Positions 45,230 to 54,267 of a DNA stretch of 64,000 nt are shown in pieces. The position numbers were made by a program, and so were the translations under genes. The stretch is from an uncultured Clostridia bacterium (GTDB lineage: Bacteria; Bacillota; Clostridia; Christensenellales; DTU072), in contig CALVUD010000003.1 in assembly GCA_944363505.1 (NCBI GenBank), positions 5,783-69,782 of the forward strand. The letters are read 5' to 3'. The notes beneath the pieces were generated by a model. It saw only the letters and a list, made by a program, of their open reading frames with translations. It was not told the origin of the DNA and ran no database searches. The first letter of the stretch is position 1. Each line of letters begins with the position of its first letter.

Positions 45230-46246
45230 AAACGTATTATATTCAATATAATCCATATCCCGCTTCCATTAACAGAATATCGTTATATGGCGGATTGCTT
45301 TAACGAAAATCATTCAGTTAATTATGCGGTTTTGAAAATTAAATAAATGAATAAAACTGAAGCGAGGTAGTTTATAATCGTAAAAGTTCAATCAATTTTA
45401 TACAAGAGAGAACGATATTTTATCCGAAAAGTACCGGACTACTAATTTTTAACGAATGTAAGATATTATTTTCATGACTTATATCATTATTTGCATAAAA
45501 CCGTTTTTAGATTTACTTTTTTCTCGGCAATTATAAAATCGAATATAATTCAACTATGAAACAGCTTATCTTTGAGCTTGTTTACTTCTTTTCCGTTAAG
45601 CCGTCAGAATCGAGCAGAAATAGCGTTGCATATACAAAATAAACTTTAAATTGAGGTTTCGATAAATATTTATTTGTGATTTTATTAAAGATTTAAAGGT
45701 ATAATCGGGATCCTTTCTATTGTTTCCGACGACGATCATGCTTCGGTCGGTATATAATTACATTTAATTAATTTATCGTATTTTATAGAATTTCCGAGCA
45801 TGGATTCGATTAATGCTGATTATATGTTGATTGAAGTAATCGTCGACGTTTTGTTTTTGAAATGTTATCCGGTAATTGTTAAACGAGCAGTACAAGAATA
45901 AAATTCAGAATATAAATATCGTTTTATCATGTTTAGCGCCCGAATAAAAATCCAACACCCATTATCTGAGCTTTGTTTTTAAGAAGGCAGACGTCTTTTA
46001 AACGGCAGAAACGCGTATGTTTTTTTCCGAACGCCGAAATATTTTATGCTTCTACCGACTAATTACAGTGGACTTAACGACACAAAGATATTATTTAATA
46101 AAACAAGAAGAACTGTCTTTTACCAAGAGTTGTGTATAACGATAAACCGTATTCATCACATTATATATTTTGCAAGACGAAAAATCAATGGTATAGGCAT
46201 AATAACATAAGAAAATTCCTGCTTTTTAAATCTCGTTTACGCAGAA

Positions 46247-46262
46247 TTGTTTAACGTGGAAC
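46247..46262. other. parS-like site 2: TGTTTAACGTGGAACA
   Basis: One mismatch to the palindromic parS consensus; identical to site 5. Confidence 0.55.
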
Positions 46263-47151
46263 AATCGGCTGTAGCCGTGATACGGAGTCGGATTTTCACA
46301 ATCTAATATAGAAAAACGTAGCGAAGTGTTTCAAAACGCCGCCTTGAATCACGCGCTTATTCGGTTTTATATATCAAGGCGAAATACATAGGAATCACCT
46401 CCACTTTCATATATGTTATATATGTTATACGCCGGTTATTTGATTCCGACGTAAATCTTTTTGAACCAACAACATTTCGGGTACTTTCGTAAAGAGCGAA
46501 GGGGAGCAAATCCGACATGCTCCTCACTTTAACTTTGATAGAACCCAAATTAGGCGTCGATTTTTTCCCGATTGCCGGTCAGCTTTCGTGCGTTTAAAGA
46601 TAAAAAATCGGGGAAAAATTAATATACTTTAAAGTATTGCGTATATTGTACATACGTGGTAAGGCTCCAAACGCTTCTACCGCTCCCCGCATATAAATTA
46701 AGATTGAAATTAATGATCGAAACGTGCTTTCAAACCCTATGGGTGTGCGGTATTTATACGACCGACCGCTGCCCGAGCTTTTAACAAATGCGCATACAAA
46801 ATTAATTGTAAAAACGATTTATATCAGAAGGTCGGGAATATAATATAGTTTTTTGAGAATCCAAGCACGATACACCTGCTTTAAGAATTAAATCGGGTAA
46901 TACGAATAATACCGTATGAGTTACGTTTTACCGCCACCTCGAACCGACGATACACAACCTTATTATTAGGACTTTATAGTCCGAACATAGGAAAGAATGC
47001 CATTGCGAGAATCCATGCATATACGTATTATATCTTTCTGGCTGATTCCGATTTGTTTCGGTCGGGATCGGTTTGCGGCTTGTCCTTCATAAAGTCTTAA
47101 ACCAAAGATAAAAATTCTATCGGCAGAATGTTACGACGCGCAACGGTAAAA

Positions 47152-47167
47152 TGTTTCACGTTGAACA
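47152..47167. other. parS-like site 3: TGTTTCACGTTGAACA
   Basis: One mismatch; identical to site 4 within a shared 20-mer. Confidence 0.55.
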
Positions 47168-47982
47168 ATCGAACTCGGATACGTTGATTTTTTAAATATT
47201 TAATAACATTTTTATTAAAATGAGCCTGATGCAGAGATATAATGCGCCCGCACACACAATGAATCCATACGCGAGTAACGAGCTTTTTATAGCAATATTT
47301 CGGCGTCATACTTAAAGAGGCATCAAAGTTTCCGTATATTATGTCGCGCGGCAAGATACCGGTCAAAGCTGTTTTCACTTTAGAAAGTTTAAATCGGACT
47401 GGTAATAGATAATAGGCCGGGTTGTCCGATGCGAAGATTTAAAAATTGATCGCGCCGTATGTTTGAATGCAATCGACGAGGCAAGGCCGATACTGCGAGC
47501 GGTAATTTGATTTTTTACGGTAGCGATGTTTATGCGCCAATAAATAAAATCGCTACTGCCGAAAGTATACAATTATGTGAACGACGGGACTATCCGAGTA
47601 TTTAATTTAGCTTTGACCCTGAAAAGTTTCTTTTTGTTTTCGCGCAACGGGAAAAGCTTCTCTTGGCGTGGTCCGATTTTGAATAAAGCGATGTCGTTAA
47701 ATATCTTTTCGAAGTCGATAACGGTTTATTCTGAAACGGAACGTTTCTTTATTATGGAGCTGTCGCAAAACAAATTCATGCAGAAATTGCGAGCGTGCAC
47801 GAGCGTCGAACAGCCGTCAGGATTTCGTTTTTAAACAATATTTATCGTTTTGGCTGTAATCATACCATACGGACAAGACAACGGCGAATTTTGAATTGAG
47901 GATCAAATAACGTTATAATCTTAGCGCGAAAAACAGGACATTATCGGCAGAAAGCAAAAGACCAACCGAAACAAAACGGAAA

Positions 47983-47998
47983 TGTTTCACGTTGAACA
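47983..47998. other. parS-like site 4: TGTTTCACGTTGAACA
   Basis: One mismatch; identical to site 3. Confidence 0.55.
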
Positions 47999-48536
47999 AA
48001 TTTGTCCGAGCATACCGCGGTACGCATATTCAGATATTCGGAGAGAAAATAAATTATTTCAAACGCGGCATATGCCGAGCATAAAACAGATCAAAATGCA
48101 TGGAGAAAGCCATATTATTCCGCAGCGTTTTGGCGGCATGCGCCTGAACCGATGCCGTTTAGTTTTTAACATTCCTCCGACAGTGGCACCCCTCCGAGGT
48201 CGCGGCCCGCTTGGTCCGTCAAATCAAGCTTTTGAAGAAGTAAAATATAAAAGCTTTTATACGATGGCGGTATTGCAGAAACGAAAGTTATTCGTATTAC
48301 CAAAATAGTTTCCCGGAAAGAATCCGACACCCGGGAGCATTTCTCGAAAGAGTGCCCCATTATTGTTTGCGTCGAAATAAATAAATCTAAACAGTTAAAG
48401 TTAAAAACGGCAAATCGAAAAAATAATTCGTAGAAAAAAGCGGAGGAAGAAACGCACGAAAGCTCAGGCTGTCATACAGCCGAATTTGACAATAAGCGCA
48501 AGACGTTAAGGCAATATTATCGTAATCATATATGAT

Positions 48537-48552
48537 TGTTTAACGTGGAACA
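48537..48552. other. parS-like site 5: TGTTTAACGTGGAACA
   Basis: One mismatch; identical to site 2. Confidence 0.55.
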
Positions 48553-49154
48553 TCGGCGGCGATTTTCTCAATTTATATTGAAGTATAATCAAAAACATGA
48601 TATTCGGTTTAAATATTACGATTAATGTAGTCTAAGCGATTGTTCCGAACGGAACGAAGATGCTAAATAAATATAGAGAAATAGCGCAACAAGATCGTCA
48701 GACGGGCTATTAATCGGTTTCATACAACAAGCGATCCGGAAGTCGCAGCGGAAAAGCCGAGATAAAAGGCGTTAGAATCGATTCGGCAAATTGACATTGA
48801 CGGAAACGGCAAACTAATATTCAAGTTAAACAATAAACGCAAACAATAAAAGATCGAGTATAGCCAAATATTAATCCTATGCTAATAATACATCGCCCAT
48901 GTAAATATTGAATAAATAAATTCCCATATTTATAATGTTTGACGCAGCGAACGTCGGCGCAGATCAAGCGGACGAGCAGTCAAAGGATAAAGGCAAAGCG
49001 TGCGACCCAAACGCTTAAATCGTAAAAAGCAATGCCGAAACGTCTTTTAAATAATAAAACATAGGTAACGCAAAGTCTTTGCGTAACGCATCGAAAACAG
49101 GGATAAAAAGGTGAAAAACCGCACAATCATCGCGATATAGAGACGCTCCACGAA

Positions 49155-49170
49155 TGTTCCATGTGAAACA
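49155..49170. other. parS-like site 6: TGTTCCATGTGAAACA
   Basis: One mismatch; identical to site 7. Confidence 0.55.
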
Positions 49171-49309
49171 ATGCAATAATTCGCAAATTTTTCAGCTTTC
49201 GATCGGGCGGATCTCCGCGGCGTGAAGTTTTAGTTTTACCCTGAATCTCGATATATTTAATTTATCGAATCCTGAAATAATTAATACGGAGCTGCGCCTC
49301 AAGCGGTAT

Positions 49310-49325
49310 TGTTCCATGTGAAACA
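49310..49325. other. parS-like site 7: TGTTCCATGTGAAACA
   Basis: One mismatch; identical to site 6. Confidence 0.55.
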
Positions 49326-49697
49326 TACGTGTCGGACAAACGCGTTATTCTGTTTGGATATTTATTTTAACTGTATAAAACTACAAAATATACAAACAAA
49401 TGAATAATTATAACTATCGGGCAAATTCGTAAGCTTTATATATTTCATGGATAAGCGCGCGCGATCAGAAGGCTTGTTTTGCGGTGCCGAGCGGGTCTAA
49501 CGGCTTGCAGAACGAGTCGAAATTACGGTTAATGGGCGTTTTTTTATGCTGTTTCACGCGCGCTTCTCCTTGAAAAACCTTAAATGCGATTTTGGTCAGA
49601 AAATTAAGATTTACGCGCGAAAACGCTGATAAAATGATACGTTTTTAAGGCTATTTTATTCCCGAAAAAACTTTTTCCGAAAAATTCGGCGCAAAAA

Positions 49698-49713
49698 TGT
49701 TCCACGGGGAACG
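49698..49713. other. parS-like site 8 (weaker): TGTTCCACGGGGAACG
   Basis: Two mismatches to the consensus. Confidence 0.35.
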
Positions 49714-49986
49714 CGAATTTGCCGTGAATTTCTTTTGTTTTTCCGTTGTCTTTGTGGCGAATTTTACAAATCTTTTAACAGGCTTTATTTTACATCTTTT
49801 TAATATAAATTACAAGTGCTTTTCGGTTTTTCTTTGAGATTTTATTGTATATTGGCTTATACGATGATTGAGGTTAAACTTTTAATGTTTTGACATCGTA
49901 TTCTTTTTTCATTGTATATTCGTTGACAAACTTGTTTGTTTTGGCTAATATATACCTAGGAAAACTAGGTAAAGACTATTCGCCGT

Positions 49987-50406
49987 ATGGACATCAATAC
50001 TTTGGGGCAATTTAAAAAGGGGGCTATGGAACTTATAGTGCTGTGCGTTATCGAAAAGAGCGAGAAGTACGGCTATGAAATAGTTTCTACTCTCAACGAG
50101 TATTCTTCCGTTCTCGGAGATGCCAGGGAGGGGACCGTTTACCCTCTTTTGTACAGGCTGTGCGTCGGCGGGTATATCGCTGTCCGCACGGATTCGAGAC
50201 AGGGACGCGGTAATCCGAAAAAATACTATTCTTTGACCGACAAAGGCAAAGAGGCTCTTGACGAAATGAAGAGATTCTGGTTCGAATTTTCCGATTGCGT
50301 CGATTCAATTTTGTCTTTAAAACGCGAGAGCGTTGTCGTTCAGAGCGAGTCGTTCGATGACGATTTTGTCTCCGTAATAGACGGACGGAAGTCTTTAGAG
50401 GCATAG
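49987..50406 (+). CDS. PadR-family transcriptional regulator
   Basis: ELIVLCVIEKSEKYGYEI...EGTVYPLLYRL...KKYYSLTDKGKEAL. Confidence 0.85.
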   Translation: MDINTLGQFKKGAMELIVLCVIEKSEKYGYEIVSTLNEYSSVLGDAREGTVYPLLYRLCVGGYIAVRTDSRQGRGNPKKYYSLTDKGKEALDEMKRFWFEFSDCVDSILSLKRESVVVQSESFDDDFVSVIDGRKSLEA

Positions 50407-51089
50407 CGGCAAAGGGGGTAATCGTTCGTTTTCGGCAAATATACGACGTTTTATGCCGTTATTTGCGGCGCGGGATAATGCCTGAAGCTGTATTACGGGC
50501 GATAAGGCGCGGGAGGTATATGTCTTTTTCGGCCTCATAAAAGAGCGCTCGGTCGGAAGTATCGTCGGGCGCTTCAGGCGAAAGGAAAAGGGGAACGAAA
50601 AATTGTCTGAAACATACGCGCGGCGAATTAATTTTTACGATAGCGTATATCGGCAGAAACATTCGCTTGCGACGCTTTTTCCGATGATAGATAGTTGCAA
50701 GACCTGTTTCGTGGCGATGGTAGCGGCGATTAAACGCCGCTTTGCGGCGGAATCGGGTATGAGGCGGCAGCCGAAGACGCGACGGTATAAGCGAAAACTT
50801 GCAAACCGAACGGAAAAAAGCTGACTCGATCGGCTTTGACGAAGACGGAAAATTCGGCGCGTAAATATGGGCGGAGGACCGCGTTATACTCCGGTAACGA
50901 CGCGGCGAATGAATCAAAAGGCGTTAAACCCGGAAGCGGTTTTCCGATATGGTCGCGTAAGGCGCTCTCAAACAAGCGAGACCCTGCGATGCCGACGAAA
51001 AGGTTATAGTATCGCACGTTGGGTTTTGGCGTTCAGGCGCGCCGAACGTATGCGAGTACATATATAAATAAAAGAAGAAATCAAGGGAA

Positions 51090-51563
51090 ATGGCAAACGG
51101 AACAAACGGAATATCGAAAAAATACATTAAAAGACTGAAACGTGCGTTGAAAAAGAGGCGCGCTTACGACGTCGGAATCATCCGCGACGTCAATGAGATG
51201 TTCGAAAATACGGCGTCGGAGGGGAAAAGCGCCGAAGAATTGATTTTGCGTCTGGGCTCTCCCGAGGATTTTGCGGCAAAATTCGATCGGACCGAACGCC
51301 CGTATGCGGGTGTCGCCGCATTTACGGTAGCGGCGGTATCGCTGCTCGCGGGAATTATGTTTATCGCAGCGTATGCGGTCGGCAAGCTGCGCGGGGTGCC
51401 CGAGGACGCGATAGGTTACGCCGAGTCTGCGACCGAAATTTTCGTTACGGGGGGCGTCGGAACGGAGGCTTGGCTGATATCGGGTACGGTATTGGTGCTG
51501 ATTTCGCCGATCTTGGCGTGGATCACAAGAAAAATCATCGCGAAAAGGAAGAAAAATGGATAA
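51090..51563 (+). CDS. DUF1700-like PadR-associated membrane protein
   Basis: N-terminal YIKRLKRAL...EELILRLGSPEDFA followed by two TM helices. Confidence 0.55.
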   Translation: MANGTNGISKKYIKRLKRALKKRRAYDVGIIRDVNEMFENTASEGKSAEELILRLGSPEDFAAKFDRTERPYAGVAAFTVAAVSLLAGIMFIAAYAVGKLRGVPEDAIGYAESATEIFVTGGVGTEAWLISGTVLVLISPILAWITRKIIAKRKKNG

Positions 51564-52008
51564 AAAGAAACTTGTTTTATTGGTTGTCGCGTTGAGCGTA
51601 TTGGCGGCGTTGACGGCGTCTTGCGAAACCACGGAGGAGCCGGCAATAGAAGATTACGTCTGGGAGATGGCGGTCGTACTGAAAAACGGCGAAGCGGCGT
51701 ACGTTATCGAAGACGACGCCGAGAGCTATCCCGACGCCGAGACGGCGTCCTGGCTGTTGAGCGCCGAAAACGGCATACTGACGCTGAAAGACTTAAGCCG
51801 CGATCGGGAATTAAAGGGCGGTTATTCGCCGACCTCTGTTTTCGGGAAGAAAGAGAAGATATACAATGTCGATCTGTTTTACGAGGGCGAAGAATTCGCC
51901 TCGGTTTCCCATACCGTGTATGCCGACGGCACCGAGCGCCCCACTTTGATCGTAAGCCTTCCCGGAACGAGCGGATACGCCGCGTATTTTTACCCGCTCA
52001 GCGAGTGA
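51556..52008 (+). CDS. Small lipoprotein
   Basis: Signal peptide with lipobox LTASC; 8-nt overlap with the upstream gene. Confidence 0.6.
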   Translation: MDKKKLVLLVVALSVLAALTASCETTEEPAIEDYVWEMAVVLKNGEAAYVIEDDAESYPDAETASWLLSAENGILTLKDLSRDRELKGGYSPTSVFGKKEKIYNVDLFYEGEEFASVSHTVYADGTERPTLIVSLPGTSGYAAYFYPLSE

Positions 52009-53275
52009 TTTTTTCGGCGGAAATCAGCACCGAACCTATCGGCGGAAGCAGAAAACGCGCGTGGTCTTTCACGCGTTTTTTTGTAAAGACTTCCTGCGCG
52101 CGAACGCAGCCGCAGGGCAGGGAATAAACGACCGGACAAAAACGGTTAAGACTCGGATTAAATGCTGCATAGTATACCTGAGTTTCAGTTTCGGACACCC
52201 ATTCATAGACTTTTCCGTTATAAGGGAGCGGGCGGTTGAATCGTGAACGGAGCAATATATCGGTTAATGCCGGGTGCGTCAAAAGCTCCAGTTCCTTTTT
52301 GGAAAGAGCGCCGAGTTCGGAGCCTATCATCAGCGGCGATTTTGCCATACACCACAGGCTGAGCATATATTTTTTCATGCGCGGAGAAAGGCGCGATTTT
52401 CTGCCGTTCTTAACGTCGGTATACAGTATTCTGCCCAGCGGCAGCATGTCGAGATCGGGATAGCTTCCGCGTCCGAGACAAGGGTTCCATTTTGCGGCGA
52501 GAGCGGTGATTTTTCCGAGGTGTGCCGGCTTGTCCCACAGGTCGTCCATGACACGCCACATGGCGCAGTTTTCGGATATCGATTCGGCTTCGGACAGAGG
52601 CGGTTCGCCCGGGGAAAGAGACAAAACGATTTTTCCGGGCAGCGCGTCCAGTTCTTCTGCCCAACATTTTACTTCGGCTTTGCGGTAGGGGCGCAATGCG
52701 TCGTCGAGTTTTATGAAATCGAGCTGCCATTCCCCGGCAAGCGCGACTACGGAGCGGATATATTCTCTGCCCCCGGGCTTTGTCGGGTCGATCCCGCAAT
52801 TCAGGTTCAGCCAGTCGCAGTCGTTCCCCGAAACTATGTCCGCGTCGGAGACGGAGGCGCCTTTGACCGGCATGCGCTTCACGACGGCTTCGCGCGGCAC
52901 GCCGCACATAAAGTGCAGCCCGAACCGCAGACCTTTGGAATGAACGTAGTCGGCGAGCGGTTTGAAAGAGCCGAAGCAGGAGGGAAATTTTTCCGGCGAC
53001 GGCAAAGGTCTCCCGAAAGCGTCCAGGGTCAGCGATACGTCGGGAGTATCGCCGTTCCAAATCTGATTCGGCGGCGCGATTTTTCCTTTTTCGGGGTAAA
53101 ACCAGCAAAAATCCAATACGCAATATTCGTATCCGTAAGGCTTCAGTCTTTCAGCCATGAAGTCTACGTTGGAAACGAACGTCTTTTCGTCCGCCGACCA
53201 GCCGTAACAGTCGAAAGAATTCCACCCCATAGGCGGGGACGCGGGTTTATAAAGCATAACGCACCTCGGTTTCAT
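51998..53275 (-). CDS. GH27-like (clan GH-D) alpha-galactosidase-type hydrolase
   Basis: PPMGWNSFDCYGW lies near the N-terminus. The start is uncertain: M at 53275 or 53257. Confidence 0.55.
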   Translation of the reverse strand: MKPRCVMLYKPASPPMGWNSFDCYGWSADEKTFVSNVDFMAERLKPYGYEYCVLDFCWFYPEKGKIAPPNQIWNGDTPDVSLTLDAFGRPLPSPEKFPSCFGSFKPLADYVHSKGLRFGLHFMCGVPREAVVKRMPVKGASVSDADIVSGNDCDWLNLNCGIDPTKPGGREYIRSVVALAGEWQLDFIKLDDALRPYRKAEVKCWAEELDALPGKIVLSLSPGEPPLSEAESISENCAMWRVMDDLWDKPAHLGKITALAAKWNPCLGRGSYPDLDMLPLGRILYTDVKNGRKSRLSPRMKKYMLSLWCMAKSPLMIGSELGALSKKELELLTHPALTDILLRSRFNRPLPYNGKVYEWVSETETQVYYAAFNPSLNRFCPVVYSLPCGCVRAQEVFTKKRVKDHARFLLPPIGSVLISAEKITR

Positions 53276-53421
53276 TATATCCCGAAAAACGAAAACAGGC
53301 AAGCCGGTGGATTCGCCGCGCTTGCAATGCCCGAAAAAGAATGGTAATATATAAATCGGGAAAGTTCCGCCGAGGCTTCGCGCACGCGCGCGATACCGAA
53401 ACCCGCAAAAAGGAGAAAGAC

Positions 53422-54267
53422 ATGTTTCTGAAAGCGTTGCACAGGCGAATAAAAACCGAATCGGCAAACGAATTCGGAGTTTCCGTCAAGACGAACGTGC
53501 GATACGGCGACTATGCGGACGCCGTATGCGACGTATACCGCCTGGGCGAAGGGCGGCTGCCCGTGATCGTGCATTTTACCGATTCCCCGGGAAAAAGCGA
53601 CCGCTCCGACTATTCCGCGATGGCTTCCGCGATCGCCGCGAAGAACAAGGTGTTCGTGGTGGCAAAGACGAGCGTGGAAAGCCTTAAGGCGATGACCGAC
53701 TGTTTAAGGCAGATGGAGGAATACCTGAAGCTGTCCGGCGCGGGAGAAAAAATGGACGTGAACACGCTGTTTTTCTCGGGCGACGGCACGGGGGCGTGGT
53801 CGGCGCTGAAAGCCGCGGGCGCGGCGACCAGAGGCGAACCCGGCTTTAGCATAAAGCCGACGGGCGTCATGCTGTTTTCGGGGATACCCGAGCCGATGGA
53901 GTTGGCGCGGCTGGACCTGCGCTCCGCCAAGAACGCGCTCAAATACGGTTTCGGGGTACACGGAAGCGCCGATACGATACCCGAAAGCGCGGTTAAAGAG
54001 ATTTGCCCCGGATTCCCGCCGGTGTTCTTTTTACATTCGGACGCCGACAATCTGTCTTTTTCCCAGACGGCGCAGTTAAGGAGCGCGTTAAAGCGCGCGG
54101 AGGTAAAATATTCGGAATACCGCGCCGCTTACAGGAACGTAAAGCGTGATTTTTATCTGGACGCCGGCTCGAGACCGGAAGCGGATTCCGCGCTGGCCGC
54201 CGCGGCGCGGTTCGCGGATAAATGTTTGAACAACGAATTGAGAATCGACGAATACACCGAGATATGA
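53422..54267 (+). CDS. Alpha/beta-hydrolase-fold protein (HSL/esterase-like layout, catalytic motifs apparently substituted)
   Basis: ATG at 53422 follows AAAGGAGA. The layout parallels HSL-type esterases, but it has HFTD in place of HGGG and GDGTG (53779-53793) in place of GDSAG. Confidence 0.5.
   Translation: MFLKALHRRIKTESANEFGVSVKTNVRYGDYADAVCDVYRLGEGRLPVIVHFTDSPGKSDRSDYSAMASAIAAKNKVFVVAKTSVESLKAMTDCLRQMEEYLKLSGAGEKMDVNTLFFSGDGTGAWSALKAAGAATRGEPGFSIKPTGVMLFSGIPEPMELARLDLRSAKNALKYGFGVHGSADTIPESAVKEICPGFPPVFFLHSDADNLSFSQTAQLRSALKRAEVKYSEYRAAYRNVKRDFYLDAGSRPEADSALAAAARFADKCLNNELRIDEYTEI

Noticed and set aside
44444-49986. CRISPR array, rRNA, tRNA, RNase P or tmRNA in the ORF-free region
   Set aside because: The repeated 16-mers are palindromic and irregularly spaced (156-1,036 bp), unlike CRISPR repeats. 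I found no 16S/23S signature strings, no GGTTCGAATCC-type T-loops, and no RNase P or tmRNA signature motifs by eye. Unknown ncRNAs cannot be excluded.
42640-49986. dnaA + parS block as an integrated foreign replicon, on the basis of lower GC
   Set aside because: Hand-counted samples show that the adjacent AKR, araD and araA genes are also well below the about 60% seen elsewhere. Composition alone therefore does not single out dnaA. I kept it as an open question in the dnaA finding.
52274-53347. 357-aa plus-strand ORF opposite the GH27-like gene
   Set aside because: This is an antisense artefact of a GC-rich gene, with no motifs.
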